DNA of 64,000 nt from Escherichia coli (GTDB taxonomy: Bacteria; Pseudomonadota; Gammaproteobacteria; Enterobacterales; Enterobacteriaceae), in the NCBI RefSeq assembly GCF_001677475.2, contig NZ_CP015229.1. One strand, 5' to 3'. The stretch's first letter is position 1, and every line of letters starts with the position of its first letter. Position numbers and translations under genes: made by a program. Below the pieces are notes generated by a model that had not been told where the DNA came from, did not search any database, and was given only the letters and a program-made list of their open reading frames with translations. This document shows positions 27,182 to 38,511 of the stretch, one piece after another.

Positions 27182-28450
27182 ATGTATGATTTTGTGATTA
27201 TTGGCGGCGGCATCATCGGCATGTCGACCGCCATGCAACTGATTGATGTTTATCCGGATGCCCGCATTGCGTTGCTGGAAAAAGAGTCCGGCCCGGCCTT
27301 TCATCAGACGGGCCACAACAGCGGCGTGATCCATGCCGGGGTCTATTACACGCCCGGTAGCCTGAAGGCACAGTTTTGCCTGGCGGGAAACCGCGCCACC
27401 AAAGCCTTTTGCGATCAAAACGGCATTCGCTATGACAACTGCGGAAAGATGCTGGTCGCCACCTCTGAACTCGAAATGGAACGGATGCGCGCGTTGTGGG
27501 AACGTACGGCGGCGAATGGTATCGAGCGCGAGTGGCTAAACGCCGACGAACTGCGCGAGCGCGAACCGAATATCACCGGGCTTGGCGGTATTTTTGTGCC
27601 GTCCAGCGGCATCGTCAGCTATCGCGAAGTGACGGCGGCAATGGCAAAAATTTTCCAGGCCAGAGGCGGCGAGATTATTTATAACGCCGAAGTCAGCGCC
27701 CTCAGTGAGCATAAAAACGGCGTGGTGATACGTACCCGTCAGGGCGGTGAATATGAAGCATCGACGCTGATTAGCTGTTCCGGGCTGATGGCTGACCGGC
27801 TGGTGAAAATGCTCGGCCTCGAACCGGGCTTTATTATCTGCCCGTTCCGTGGCGAGTATTTCCGCCTTGCGCCGGAGCATAACCAGATTGTTAACCACCT
27901 GATTTACCCCATTCCCGACCCCGCGATGCCATTTTTGGGCGTGCATCTCACCCGCATGATCGACGGCAGCGTGACCGTTGGGCCAAACGCGGTGCTGGCT
28001 TTCAAACGCGAAGGCTATCGCAAGCACGACTTCTCATTTAGCGACACGCTGGAGATTTTGAGCTCGTCGGGGATTCGCCGGGTGCTGCAAAACCATCTAC
28101 GCTCAGGACTGGGCGAGATGAAAAACTCGCTGTGCAAAAGCGGCTATCTGCGGCTGGTGCAAAAGTATTGTCCCCGGCTTTCGTTAAGCGATCTCCAGCC
28201 CTGGCCCGCCGGTGTGCGGGCGCAGGCGGTATCGCCGGACGGCAAGCTGATTGACGATTTTCTGTTTGTCACCACCCCGCGCACGATCCACACCTGCAAT
28301 GCGCCCTCCCCGGCAGCGACATCAGCAATTCCTATTGGTGCGCATATTGTCAGCAAGGTACAAACGCTGTTGGCAAGCCAGAGTAACCCCGGACGCACGC
28401 TGCGAGCGGCACGTAGTGTGGATGCCTTACACGCCGCATTTAATCAATAA
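27182..28450 (+). CDS. lhgO: L-2-hydroxyglutarate oxidase
   Basis: Start MYDFVIIGGGIIGMSTAMQL (FAD-binding GxGxxG); 422 aa. Confidence 0.85.
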   Translation: MYDFVIIGGGIIGMSTAMQLIDVYPDARIALLEKESGPAFHQTGHNSGVIHAGVYYTPGSLKAQFCLAGNRATKAFCDQNGIRYDNCGKMLVATSELEMERMRALWERTAANGIEREWLNADELREREPNITGLGGIFVPSSGIVSYREVTAAMAKIFQARGGEIIYNAEVSALSEHKNGVVIRTRQGGEYEASTLISCSGLMADRLVKMLGLEPGFIICPFRGEYFRLAPEHNQIVNHLIYPIPDPAMPFLGVHLTRMIDGSVTVGPNAVLAFKREGYRKHDFSFSDTLEILSSSGIRRVLQNHLRSGLGEMKNSLCKSGYLRLVQKYCPRLSLSDLQPWPAGVRAQAVSPDGKLIDDFLFVTTPRTIHTCNAPSPAATSAIPIGAHIVSKVQTLLASQSNPGRTLRAARSVDALHAAFNQ

Positions 28451-28472
28451 CCTTTGAAAACAGGACGTAACA

Positions 28473-29921
28473 ATGAAACTTAACGACAGTAACTTATTCC
28501 GCCAGCAGGCGTTGATTAACGGGGAATGGCTGGACGCCAACAATGGTGAAGTCATCGACGTCACCAATCCGGCGAACGGCGACAAGCTGGGTAGCGTGCC
28601 GAAAATGGGCGCTGATGAAACCCGCGCCGCTATCAACGCCGCCAACCGCGCCCTGCCCGCCTGGCGTGCGCTCACAGCCAAAGAACGCGCCAACATTCTG
28701 CGCAACTGGTTCAATTTGATGATGGAGCATCAGGACGATTTAGCGCGCCTGATGACCCTCGAACAGGGCAAACCACTGGCCGAAGCGAAAGGCGAAATCA
28801 GCTACGCAGCCTCTTTTATTGAGTGGTTTGCCGAAGAAGGCAAACGTATTTATGGCGATACCATTCCCGGTCATCAGGCCGACAAACGCCTGATTGTTAT
28901 CAAACAGCCGATTGGCGTTACCGCCGCCATCACGCCGTGGAACTTCCCGGCGGCGATGATTACCCGTAAAGCCGGTCCGGCGCTGGCGGCAGGCTGCACG
29001 ATGGTGCTGAAACCTGCCAGTCAGACGCCGTTCTCTGCGCTGGCGCTGGCGGAACTGGCGATTCGCGCAGGCGTTCCGGCTGGCGTATTTAACGTGGTCA
29101 CCGGTTCGGCGGGCGCGGTGGGTAATGAACTGACCAGCAATCCGCTGGTGCGCAAGCTGTCGTTTACCGGCTCGACCGAAATTGGCCGCCAGTTAATGGA
29201 ACAGTGCGCGAAAGACATCAAGAAAGTGTCGCTGGAGCTGGGCGGCAACGCGCCGTTTATCGTCTTTGACGATGCCGACCTCGACAAAGCCGTGGAAGGC
29301 GCACTGGCCTCGAAATTCCGCAACGCCGGGCAAACCTGCGTCTGCGCCAACCGTTTATACGTGCAGGACGGCGTGTATGACCGCTTTGCCGAAAAATTAC
29401 AGCAGGCGGTGAGCAAACTGCACATCGGCGACGGGCTGGAGAATGGCGTCACCATCGGGCCGCTGATTGATGAAAAAGCGGTAGCAAAAGTGGAAGAGCA
29501 TATTGCCGATGCGCTGGAGAAAGGTGCGCGTGTGGTTTGCGGCGGTAAAGCGGATGAACGCGGCGGCAACTTCTTCCAGCCGACCATTCTGGTGGACGTT
29601 CCGGCCAACGCCAAAGTGTCGAAAGAAGAGACGTTCGGCCCCCTTGCCCCGCTATTCCGCTTTAAAGATGAAGCCGATGTGATTGCGCAGGCCAATGACA
29701 CCGAGTTTGGCCTTGCCGCCTATTTCTACGCCCGTGATTTAAGCCGCGTCTTCCGCGTGGGCGAAGCGCTGGAGTACGGCATCGTCGGCATTAATACTGG
29801 CATTATTTCCAATGAAGTGGCCCCGTTCGGCGGCATTAAAGCCTCGGGTCTGGGTCGTGAAGGTTCGAAGTATGGCATCGAAGATTACTTAGAAATCAAA
29901 TATATGTGCATCGGTCTTTAA
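28473..29921 (+). CDS. gabD: Succinate-semialdehyde dehydrogenase (NADP+)
   Basis: 482-aa aldehyde dehydrogenase; synteny. Confidence 0.9.
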   Translation: MKLNDSNLFRQQALINGEWLDANNGEVIDVTNPANGDKLGSVPKMGADETRAAINAANRALPAWRALTAKERANILRNWFNLMMEHQDDLARLMTLEQGKPLAEAKGEISYAASFIEWFAEEGKRIYGDTIPGHQADKRLIVIKQPIGVTAAITPWNFPAAMITRKAGPALAAGCTMVLKPASQTPFSALALAELAIRAGVPAGVFNVVTGSAGAVGNELTSNPLVRKLSFTGSTEIGRQLMEQCAKDIKKVSLELGGNAPFIVFDDADLDKAVEGALASKFRNAGQTCVCANRLYVQDGVYDRFAEKLQQAVSKLHIGDGLENGVTIGPLIDEKAVAKVEEHIADALEKGARVVCGGKADERGGNFFQPTILVDVPANAKVSKEETFGPLAPLFRFKDEADVIAQANDTEFGLAAYFYARDLSRVFRVGEALEYGIVGINTGIISNEVAPFGGIKASGLGREGSKYGIEDYLEIKYMCIGL

Positions 29922-29934
29922 CTGGAGAACGCGA

Positions 29935-31215
29935 ATGAGCAGCAATAAAGAGTTAATGCAGCGCCGCAGTCAGGCGATTCCCCGTGGCGTTGGGCAAATT
30001 CACCCCATTTTCGCTGATCGCGCGGAAAACTGCCGGGTGTGGGACGTTGAAGGCCGTGAGTATCTTGATTTCGCGGGCGGCATTGCAGTGCTCAATACCG
30101 GGCACCTGCATCCGAAAGTGGTTGCGGCGGTGGAAGCGCAGTTGAAAAAACTGTCGCACACCTGCTTCCAGGTGCTGGCCTACGAGCCGTATCTGGAGCT
30201 GTGCGAAATAATGAATCAGAAGGTGCCAAGCAATTTTGCCAAAAAAACGCTGCTGGTAACGACCGGTTCTGAAGCGGTGGAGAACGCGGTGAAAATCGCC
30301 CGCGCCGCCACCAAACGTAGCGGCACCATCGCCTTTAGCGGTGCGTATCATGGGCGCACGCACTATACGCTGGCGCTGACAGGCAAGGTGAATCCGTACT
30401 CTGCGGGCATGGGCCTGATGCCAGGGCATGTTTATCGCGCGCTTTATCCGTGTCCACTGCACGGCATCAGTGAAGATGACGCTATCGCCAGCATCCACCG
30501 GATCTTCAAAAATGACGCCGCGCCGGAAGATATCGCCGCCATCGTGATTGAGCCGGTTCAGGGTGAAGGCGGTTTCTACGCCGCGACGCCAGCCTTTATG
30601 CAGCGTTTACGCGCGCTGTGTGACGAGCACGGGATTATGCTGATTGCCGATGAAGTGCAGAGCGGCGCGGGGCGTACCGGCACGCTGTTTGCGATGGAGC
30701 AGATGGGCGTTGCGCCGGATCTCACCACCTTTGCGAAATCGATCGCAGGCGGCTTCCCGCTGGCGGGCGTCACCGGGCGTACGGAAGTGATGGACGCCGT
30801 CGCACCGGGCGGTCTGGGCGGCACCTATGCCGGTAACCCGATTGCCTGCGTAGCAGCGCTGGAAGTGTTGAAAGTGTTCGAGCAGGAAAATCTGCTGCAA
30901 AAAGCCAACGATCTGGGGCAGAAGCTAAAAGACGGATTGCTGGCGATCGCCGAAAAACACCCGGAGATCGGCGACGTACGCGGGCTGGGAGCGATGATCG
31001 CCATCGAGCTGTTTGAAGATGGCGATCACAGCAAACCGGACGCAAAACTCACCGCTGAGATCGTGGCACGCGCCCGCGATAAGGGCCTGATTCTTCTCTC
31101 CTGCGGCCCGTATTACAACGTGCTGCGCATCCTTGTACCGCTCACCATTGAAGACGCTCAGATCCGTCAGGGTCTGGAGATCATCAGCCAGTGTTTTGAT
31201 GAGGCGAAGCAGTAG
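29935..31215 (+). CDS. gabT: 4-aminobutyrate aminotransferase
   Basis: 426-aa class-III PLP aminotransferase; synteny. Confidence 0.9.
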   Translation: MSSNKELMQRRSQAIPRGVGQIHPIFADRAENCRVWDVEGREYLDFAGGIAVLNTGHLHPKVVAAVEAQLKKLSHTCFQVLAYEPYLELCEIMNQKVPSNFAKKTLLVTTGSEAVENAVKIARAATKRSGTIAFSGAYHGRTHYTLALTGKVNPYSAGMGLMPGHVYRALYPCPLHGISEDDAIASIHRIFKNDAAPEDIAAIVIEPVQGEGGFYAATPAFMQRLRALCDEHGIMLIADEVQSGAGRTGTLFAMEQMGVAPDLTTFAKSIAGGFPLAGVTGRTEVMDAVAPGGLGGTYAGNPIACVAALEVLKVFEQENLLQKANDLGQKLKDGLLAIAEKHPEIGDVRGLGAMIAIELFEDGDHSKPDAKLTAEIVARARDKGLILLSCGPYYNVLRILVPLTIEDAQIRQGLEIISQCFDEAKQ

Positions 31216-31300
31216 CGCCGCTCCCATGCCGGAGGCGACGCTGCGCGTCTTGTCCGGCCTACGAGAATCCAGGTCGGATAAGGCGGAGCCGCTCTCCGGC
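31216..31300. repeat. REP (repetitive extragenic palindromic) element(s)
   Basis: GACGCTGCGCGTCTTGTCCGGCCTAC and GGATAAGGCG motifs typical of REP/BIME. Confidence 0.45.
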
Positions 31301-31389
31301 AAAAAGAATCAATAACAATTAAACGCGTGACCCGACGCGGGAAATGTCGGGGCGCTCTCCCAAGTGACACACTTTCGAGAGGATTCAGG

Positions 31390-32790
31390 ATGGGGCAATC
31401 ATCGCAACCACATGAGTTAGGCGGCGGGCTGAAGTCACGCCACGTCACCATGTTGTCTATTGCCGGTGTTATCGGCGCAAGTCTGTTTGTCGGTTCCAGC
31501 GTCGCCATCGCCGAAGCGGGCCCGGCGGTATTACTGGCCTATCTGTTCGCCGGATTACTGGTGGTTATGATTATGCGGATGTTGGCGGAAATGGCGGTTG
31601 CCACGCCCGACACGGGTTCGTTTTCCACCTATGCAGATAAAGCTATTGGTCGTTGGGCGGGCTATACCATCGGCTGGTTGTACTGGTGGTTTTGGGTACT
31701 GGTTATCCCGCTGGAAGCCAACATCGCCGCCATGATCCTGCACTCGTGGGTTCCAGGCATTCCCATCTGGTTATTTTCCCTCGTCATTACCCTCGCCTTA
31801 ACTGGCAGTAATTTATTAAGCGTTAAAAACTACGGCGAATTTGAGTTCTGGCTGGCGCTGTGCAAAGTCATCGCTATCCTGGCCTTTATTTTCCTTGGTG
31901 CAGTCGCAATTAGCGGTTTTTACCCTTATGCCGAAGTGAGCGGGATCTCAAGATTGTGGGATAGCGGCGGCTTTATGCCCAACGGCTTCGGCGCGGTATT
32001 AAGCGCGATGTTGATCACCATGTTCTCGTTTATGGGCGCAGAAATTGTCACCATTGCCGCCGCGGAATCCGACACGCCGGAAAAACATATTGTCCGCGCC
32101 ACCAACTCGGTTATCTGGCGTATTTCTATCTTCTATTTGTGTTCTATTTTTGTCGTTGTGGCATTAATACCGTGGAATATGCCGGGGCTGAAAGCCGTTG
32201 GATCTTATCGCTCGGTTCTGGAATTGCTCAATATTCCCCATGCGAAATTAATCATGGACTGCGTGATATTACTTTCCGTAACCAGTTGCCTGAACTCGGC
32301 GCTGTATACCGCTTCCAGAATGCTCTACTCCTTAAGCCGTCGCGGTGATGCTCCCGCGGTAATGGGTAAAATCAACCGCAGTAAAACCCCGTATGTGGCG
32401 GTGTTACTCTCCACCGGAGCGGCATTTTTAACGGTGGTGGTGAATTATTACGCGCCTGCGAAAGTGTTTAAATTCCTGATCGACAGTTCCGGCGCTATCG
32501 CCCTGCTGGTTTATTTAGTCATCGCCGTTTCACAGTTGCGGATGCGCAAAATTCTGCGAGCAGAAGGAAGCGAAATTCGCCTGCGTATGTGGCTTTATCC
32601 CTGGCTCACCTGGCTGGTCATCGGCTTTATTACCTTTGTGTTGGTAGTGATGCTATTCCGTCCGGCGCAACAGTTAGAAGTGATCTCCACCGGCTTATTA
32701 GCGATAGGGATTATCTGTACCGTGCCAATTATGGCTCGCTGGAAAAAGCTGGTATTGTGGCAAAAAACACCCGTTCATAATACGCGCTGA
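31390..32790 (+). CDS. gabP: GABA permease
   Basis: Start MGQSSQPHELGGGLKSRHVTMLSIAG; 466-aa APC-family transporter. Confidence 0.85.
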   Translation: MGQSSQPHELGGGLKSRHVTMLSIAGVIGASLFVGSSVAIAEAGPAVLLAYLFAGLLVVMIMRMLAEMAVATPDTGSFSTYADKAIGRWAGYTIGWLYWWFWVLVIPLEANIAAMILHSWVPGIPIWLFSLVITLALTGSNLLSVKNYGEFEFWLALCKVIAILAFIFLGAVAISGFYPYAEVSGISRLWDSGGFMPNGFGAVLSAMLITMFSFMGAEIVTIAAAESDTPEKHIVRATNSVIWRISIFYLCSIFVVVALIPWNMPGLKAVGSYRSVLELLNIPHAKLIMDCVILLSVTSCLNSALYTASRMLYSLSRRGDAPAVMGKINRSKTPYVAVLLSTGAAFLTVVVNYYAPAKVFKFLIDSSGAIALLVYLVIAVSQLRMRKILRAEGSEIRLRMWLYPWLTWLVIGFITFVLVVMLFRPAQQLEVISTGLLAIGIICTVPIMARWKKLVLWQKTPVHNTR

Positions 32791-32810
32791 TCATGATCAG
32801 GAGTCACACC

Positions 32811-33473
32811 ATGACCATTACGTCTCTGGATGGCTATCGCTGGCTGAAGAACGATATTATTCGCGGTAATTTTCAACCGGATGAAAAATTACGGATGAGT
32901 TTGCTGACATCGCGTTATGCACTTGGCGTTGGGCCGTTACGGGAAGCTCTTTCGCAACTGGTGGCGGAACGGCTGGTCACGGTGGTGAATCAAAAAGGGT
33001 ATCGGGTGGCGTCAATGTCAGAGCAGGAGCTTCTCGATATTTTCGACGCCCGCGCCAATATGGAAGCGATGTTAGTGAGTCTGGCTATTGCCCGCGGTGG
33101 CGATGAGTGGGAGGCAGACGTTCTTGCGAAGGCGCATCTGCTCAGTAAGCTTGAGGCCTGTGACGCCAGTGAGAAAATGCTTGATGAGTGGGATCTGCGT
33201 CATCAGGCGTTTCATACTGCAATTGTGGCGGGCTGTGGTTCTCACTATTTGCTGCAAATGCGTGAACGGTTGTTTGATCTGGCGGCGCGCTATCGATTTA
33301 TCTGGCTGCGGCGAACAGTGCTTTCGGTGGAAATGCTGGAGGATAAACACGATCAGCACCAGACCCTGACTGCGGCGGTACTGGCGCGAGATACCGCGCG
33401 CGCCAGTGAGTTAATGCGCCAGCATTTACTGACGCCAATTCCCATTATCCAGCAGGCGATGGCTGGCAATTAA
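32811..33473 (+). CDS. csiR: GntR-family transcriptional repressor CsiR
   Basis: Start MTITSLDGYRWLKNDII; 220 aa. Confidence 0.8.
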   Translation: MTITSLDGYRWLKNDIIRGNFQPDEKLRMSLLTSRYALGVGPLREALSQLVAERLVTVVNQKGYRVASMSEQELLDIFDARANMEAMLVSLAIARGGDEWEADVLAKAHLLSKLEACDASEKMLDEWDLRHQAFHTAIVAGCGSHYLLQMRERLFDLAARYRFIWLRRTVLSVEMLEDKHDQHQTLTAAVLARDTARASELMRQHLLTPIPIIQQAMAGN

Positions 33474-33923
33474 CTACTCTTCAGGAATACGCAACACTTG
33501 CCCCGGGTAAATTTTATCCGGGCTTTTTAGCATCGGTTTATTCGCTTCGAAGATTTTATTGTACAGATTGGCGTTACCGTAGACCTGTTTGGAAATGGCA
33601 CTCAGAGTGTCGCCAGACTTAACGGTATAAAACTGGCTGGCAGTGGCTGGTGTCACCGTTTTCACCTGATCATCGACACTGGCAATACCGGAAATATTCC
33701 CCACCGCAACAAGGATTTTCTCCTTTGCCTCCTGACTTAAGCCGTCACCAGTGACCGTCGCTTTGCCGTCGGCAATTTGAATGTTCACTTTATCGGCATC
33801 AGGTATACCGGTTTTGTTCAGATGCTCCTGCACCTTCTTCGCCTGATCGTCTTTATCGTGCTGACCTGTAACCGCGTCCCAGAGTTTTTCTCCGGCATCT
33901 TTCACAAAATTGAACAGACCCAT
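33474..33923 (-). CDS. kbp: Potassium-binding protein Kbp (BON + LysM domains)
   Basis: Start [15 protein letters not shown]; 149 aa; formerly ygaU. Confidence 0.8.
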   Translation of the reverse strand: MGLFNFVKDAGEKLWDAVTGQHDKDDQAKKVQEHLNKTGIPDADKVNIQIADGKATVTGDGLSQEAKEKILVAVGNISGIASVDDQVKTVTPATASQFYTVKSGDTLSAISKQVYGNANLYNKIFEANKPMLKSPDKIYPGQVLRIPEE

Positions 33924-34006
33924 AGCTACCTCATTCGTTAACGGAAACACTCAGAAAGTGTAGCAGAGGAACGCGGCGCGTTAACGCCGCGGGGGTGAGG
34001 ACAGGT

Positions 34007-34166
34007 TTAATCGCGGGTTTGCACCCAGAACGCGTGAATCAAACCGGGGATATAGCCAAGCAGTGTCAGCAGAATATTAATAATGAACGCCCAACCGAAC
34101 CCTTTACCGAGCAGCACGCCGAGCGGCGGCAGAATGATGGTGATGACGATTCTCCAGAAACCCATA
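34007..34166 (-). CDS. yqaE: Small membrane protein YqaE (Pmp3/UPF0057 family)
   Basis: Reverse strand reads ATGGGTTTCTGGAGAATCGTCATCACC... (MGFWRIVITIILPPLGVLLGKGFGWAFIINILLTLLGYIPGLIHAFWVQTRD); 52 aa, below the track's ORF length cutoff. Confidence 0.6.
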
Positions 34167-34347
34167 TGTACTCCCTATAAGAAAATTACTCATTGTTTAA
34201 AAAGAGATTTTATCTCTTAAGCGTAGTAATTTTAGCGGAGCCTGCCAGTTTGAGCTTACGCTTTTACTCTCATTTACGCTGCTGATGCTGGTATATGTTG
34301 CATTTTTAGTTTAGAGTTTACTTAATTTAGAAAAAACTTAAATAACT

Positions 34348-34647
34348 ATGACTGAACTCGCGCAATTACAGGCCAGTGCCGAACAGGCAGCGGCCTTATT
34401 GAAAGCAATGAGCCACCCTAAACGGTTGCTGATTCTGTGCATGCTTAGCGGTTCCCCCGGTACCAGTGCGGGAGAGCTGACGCGCATTACCGGACTGAGT
34501 GCCTCTGCGACATCACAGCATCTCGCTCGTATGCGGGACGAAGGGCTTATCGACAGCCAACGGGATGCCCAACGCATTCTATATTCCATTAAAAATGAGG
34601 CGGTAAATGCCATTATCGCCACCCTGAAAAATGTCTATTGTCCGTAA
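34348..34647 (+). CDS. ygaV: ArsR-family transcriptional regulator
   Basis: 99 aa; HTH ArsR-like; synteny with ygaP. Confidence 0.8.
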   Translation: MTELAQLQASAEQAAALLKAMSHPKRLLILCMLSGSPGTSAGELTRITGLSASATSQHLARMRDEGLIDSQRDAQRILYSIKNEAVNAIIATLKNVYCP

Positions 34648-34656
34648 GGAGTCACT

Positions 34657-35181
34657 ATGGCTTTGACAACCATTTCGCCGCATGATGCACAAGAATTAAT
34701 CGCACGCGGCGCAAAGTTAATCGATATTCGTGATGCTGATGAATATCTTCGTGAACATATTCCTGAAGCAGATCTGGCTCCATTATCCGTGCTCGAAAAG
34801 TCAGGTCTTCCGCCTAAATTACGTCGCGAGCAAATTATCTTCCACTGCCAGGCAGGTAAACGCACCAGTAATAACGCCGATAAATTAGCAGCGATTGCCG
34901 CACCCGCAGAAATCTTTTTACTCGAAGATGGGATTGATGGCTGGAAAAAAGCAGGATTGCCAGTTGCGGTAAATAAATCTCAACCCTTGCCGTTAATGCG
35001 CCAGGTGCAGATCGCCGCAGGTGGTTTAATATTAATCGGCGTTGTACTGGGTTATACCGTAAATAGCGGTTTCTTCTTATTAAGCGGCTTTGTTGGTGCC
35101 GGGTTACTGTTTGCAGGAATTAGCGGTTTTTGTGGGATGGCAAGGTTGTTAGATAAGATGCCTTGGAACCAACGAGCTTGA
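34657..35181 (+). CDS. ygaP: Inner-membrane rhodanese-domain protein
   Basis: 174 aa; rhodanese domain plus C-terminal transmembrane segments. Confidence 0.8.
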   Translation: MALTTISPHDAQELIARGAKLIDIRDADEYLREHIPEADLAPLSVLEKSGLPPKLRREQIIFHCQAGKRTSNNADKLAAIAAPAEIFLLEDGIDGWKKAGLPVAVNKSQPLPLMRQVQIAAGGLILIGVVLGYTVNSGFFLLSGFVGAGLLFAGISGFCGMARLLDKMPWNQRA

Positions 35182-35227
35182 GAAGCGACGCCGGACGCGC
35201 CATAGCAGCGACATCCGGCCTCAGTAA

Positions 35228-35632
35228 TTAGATCAGGAAATCGTCGAGAGATTTACCTTCTGCCAGCGCCTGAGCGATTGGCTTCGGTGTACGGCCCTGA
35301 CCGGTCCAGGTTTTAGTTTCACCGTTAACATCGGTGAATTTATATTTTGCCGGACGCGGCTGGCGTTTTTTACCAGCGCGTGGGGCGGCCGCGGAGCTAT
35401 TACCCAATAACTCTTCCGGGTTAATTCCGTCAGCTTTCATCAGCTCCAGCCAGGTACTAATTTTTTCCTGGCGCTCTGCCAGTTCACGCTGCTGCTGTTC
35501 TTCTTCTTCACGTCTTTCTTTAGTGACAACCCTGAATTTTTCGAGCATTTCTTCAAGAACGTCAATGGAGAATTCGCGAGCCATCGCACGGAGGGTGCGA
35601 ATGTTATTTAAACTTTGTAACATTACGGACAT
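35228..35632 (-). CDS. stpA: H-NS paralogue StpA
   Basis: 134 aa [33 protein letters not shown]...; long AT-rich upstream region. Confidence 0.9.
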   Translation of the reverse strand: MSVMLQSLNNIRTLRAMAREFSIDVLEEMLEKFRVVTKERREEEEQQQRELAERQEKISTWLELMKADGINPEELLGNSSAAAPRAGKKRQPRPAKYKFTDVNGETKTWTGQGRTPKPIAQALAEGKSLDDFLI

Positions 35633-36299
35633 AATAAAGAAAACCTTTTAACGCCAAAACAAAAAAGTATTTCGTCGCGTAGTGTAAGCGATCACTTATT
35701 ATATTTCCACAAAATTTAATCTATTTACAGTCCTGCGCGAGATTATTTCAGCTGTTATTTTCTGAAACTCTCAGAATAATTTCAAGATTATATATTAGCC
35801 ATTTTGATGAGTAATTTAGGTTATTGGTGAACAGAGCGGCGCTCTCTGCTCGCTAATTCCGCAAGCCTGACAACACCAAAGTGAATAAAAATGCAATATA
35901 ACAGAATAAAAGAAAACATCCATCACTGGTGCTTTCTGCTGTTAATGTACATTGTCTGGCATAAAAAATGCTGAAAATGACCCGGTCACGACATACACCG
36001 AATTCTCTACGCTTATAGCGTTACCTCACCCCCAAACTTTCATTAGTGAAATTAAAGGCAAGCTAATATCTAATTGATTTAATTGAAAATAAATCATATC
36101 GGCATGTAAAAATCCACAATGTACAAAAAACGCGCCGTTACGGAATATTTTATCTACAAAAACTGACTAAATAAAAATTTTTCACTAATTGATTAGTCAT
36201 AGCCAGCGATATACGCTATGCGAAAATGCAGATGGCAATGAGATCCACTGCTTTCATCTCCATTAACATCCCATTACGCTTTTATTAAGGAGCATTAGC

Positions 36300-36749
36300 A
36301 TGTTCTCACCGCAGTCACGCTTGCGTCATGCAGTTGCAGATACGTTCGCGATGGTTGTTTACTGTTCTGTCGTGAACATGTGTATTGAAGTTTTCCTCTC
36401 CGGAATGAGCTTCGAACAGTCTTTTTATTCCAGATTGGTAGCGATTCCGGTGAACATCTTAATTGCATGGCCATACGGTATGTACCGCGATCTGTTTATG
36501 CGCGCGGCACGCAAAGTTAGCCCGTCGGGCTGGATAAAAAATCTGGCGGATATCCTGGCTTATGTGACGTTCCAGTCACCGGTGTATGTGGCGATCTTGT
36601 TAGTGGTGGGCGCAGACTGGCATCAGATTATGGCGGCGGTCAGTTCAAACATCGTTGTTTCGATGTTGATGGGGGCGGTTTATGGCTACTTCCTCGATTA
36701 TTGCCGCCGACTGTTTAAAGTCAGCCGTTACCAGCAGGTAAAAGCCTGA
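36300..36749 (+). CDS. alaE: L-alanine exporter
   Basis: 149-aa membrane protein; synteny (formerly ygaW). Confidence 0.8.
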   Translation: MFSPQSRLRHAVADTFAMVVYCSVVNMCIEVFLSGMSFEQSFYSRLVAIPVNILIAWPYGMYRDLFMRAARKVSPSGWIKNLADILAYVTFQSPVYVAILLVVGADWHQIMAAVSSNIVVSMLMGAVYGYFLDYCRRLFKVSRYQQVKA

Positions 36750-36785
36750 CTCTTCTTTTCGCGACTGGCATCGCCAGTCGCGTCT

Positions 36786-37130
36786 TTAACTGGCTTCGCC
36801 AAATAAACCATTTAAATAACGTTCAAGCGCAACACGCGAACTAAAGCCATGCGGGATACCGTAATGCTCGTGTCGCTCGCCTGCTAAATAGAGCGGAAAT
36901 TGTTGATAATGATCGCAAGTTTTAATATCGGAAGCGGGTTCAGCCAGTGTCGAACTACGTTCTTTTAATGTTGGATGAATTACCAGTGCGGTACGTCCCA
37001 TTCGCGCTTCGCGATTAACATAGACATAATTTTCCCCACGGCGGTAACCATACGCTTTCTGGGTTACCACATCGACAGTAAAACCGACTTTTTCAAGTAC
37101 GCGCGCCACCTCGTCTGGTCGTAAATACAT
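36786..37130 (-). CDS. ygaC: Uncharacterised protein YgaC
   Basis: 114 aa; synteny. Confidence 0.75.
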
Positions 37131-37281
37131 ATTTGATCCTCGTTATTATCAACCGCGGGCCTACCTTACCTGATTGCGCATTCACAACGCTTTCAGAAAA
37201 GTCCATAAAGCCGCGATGAACCTCAGTTAAGAAAATTATGGTCTACACTGAAAATTACATCGAATTCTAATGGGGGATCAT

Positions 37282-37611
37282 ATGTTTAACCGACCGAACC
37301 GCAACGACGTTGATGATGGCGTGCAGGATATCCAGAATGATGTCAATCAATTAGCTGACAGCCTCGAATCTGTATTGAAGTCCTGGGGCAGCGACGCCAA
37401 AGGGGAAGCTGAAGCCGCACGCAGTAAAGCTCAGGCATTGCTGAAAGAAACCAGGGCGCGAATGCATGGTCGTACTCGCGTCCAGCAAGCCGCACGCGAT
37501 GCCGTTGGCTGCGCGGATTCTTTTGTTCGTGAAAGACCCTGGTGTAGCGTGGGTACAGCAGCTGCGGTAGGTATTTTTATCGGCGCACTGTTAAGCATGC
37601 GCAAATCGTAG
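37282..37611 (+). CDS. ygaM: Ribosome-associated membrane protein YgaM (ElaB family)
   Basis: Start MFNRPNRNDV; C-terminal transmembrane anchor GTAAAVGIFIGALLSM. Confidence 0.75.
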   Translation: MFNRPNRNDVDDGVQDIQNDVNQLADSLESVLKSWGSDAKGEAEAARSKAQALLKETRARMHGRTRVQQAARDAVGCADSFVRERPWCSVGTAAAVGIFIGALLSMRKS

Positions 37612-37858
37612 TGCAAAAATGATAATAAATACGCGTCTTTGACCCCGAAGCCTGTCTTCGGGGTTTCTTTTTGCCTGGTGAATCACAAAAATCCCCCTAC
37701 CCCGTCACGCTCATATCCAGGGTAATTTCGACCACTATTTGCTATATATTGTGTGGTTGAATCTTTTTTCAACTACATCTAGTATCTCTGTATCAACAGA
37801 GAGACAACCCGACGCGTATCATCGCGCCGTATCTTCATTTTAAACGGAAATACGAATC

Positions 37859-38104
37859 ATGCGCATTACTATTTACACTCGTAACGATTGCGTTCAGTGC
37901 CACGCCACCAAACGGGCGATGGAAAACCGGGGCTTTGATTTTGAAATGATTAATGTCGATCGCGTTCCAGAAGCGGCAGAAGCGCTGCGTGCTCAGGGCT
38001 TTCGTCAGTTGCCGGTAGTGATTGCTGGCGATCTTAGCTGGTCTGGTTTCCGTCCGGACATGATTAACCGTCTGCATCCAGCGCCACACGCGGCCAGTGC
38101 ATGA
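37859..38104 (+). CDS. nrdH: Glutaredoxin-like protein NrdH
   Basis: 81 aa, [18 protein letters not shown] (CxxC); nrdHIEF operon. Confidence 0.9.
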   Translation: MRITIYTRNDCVQCHATKRAMENRGFDFEMINVDRVPEAAEALRAQGFRQLPVVIAGDLSWSGFRPDMINRLHPAPHAASA

Positions 38105-38511
38105 GCCAGCTCGTCTACTTCTCCAGCAGCTCCGAAAACACGCAGCGTTTTATCGAACGTTTAGGTCTGCCCGCGGTGCGCATCCCGCTCAATGAGCGGG
38201 AACGGATTCAGGTAGACGGGCCTTACATCCTGATCGTGCCCTCTTACGGCGGCGGCGGTACGGCTGGCGCGGTGCCACGACAGGTAATCCGCTTTTTAAA
38301 CGACGAGCACAACCGGGCGTTGCTTCGCGGCGTTATTGCTTCGGGTAATCGCAACTTTGGTGAGGCGTATGGCCGCGCCGGAGATGTGATTGCTCAGAAA
38401 TGCGGCGTGCCGTGGCTGTACCGCTTTGAACTCATGGGTACGCAAAGCGATATCGAAAACGTTCGTAAAGGAGTAACTGAATTTTGGCAACGACAACCGC
38501 AGAATGCCTGA
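38101..38511 (+). CDS. nrdI: Flavodoxin-like protein NrdI
   Basis: 136 aa; overlaps the nrdH stop. Confidence 0.9.
   Translation: MSQLVYFSSSSENTQRFIERLGLPAVRIPLNERERIQVDGPYILIVPSYGGGGTAGAVPRQVIRFLNDEHNRALLRGVIASGNRNFGEAYGRAGDVIAQKCGVPWLYRFELMGTQSDIENVRKGVTEFWQRQPQNA

Noticed and set aside
27536-31508. Numerous antisense ORFs within lhgO, gabD, gabT and gabP (e.g. 27536..28027, 29021..29701, 29953..30498, 30925..31302)
   Set aside because: They overlap well-supported core genes on the opposite strand and have Arg/Ala-rich low-complexity translations typical of GC-rich antisense frames.
33995-34180. 61-aa plus-strand ORF
   Set aside because: Lies antisense to the conserved small membrane protein gene yqaE (34007..34166, minus strand).
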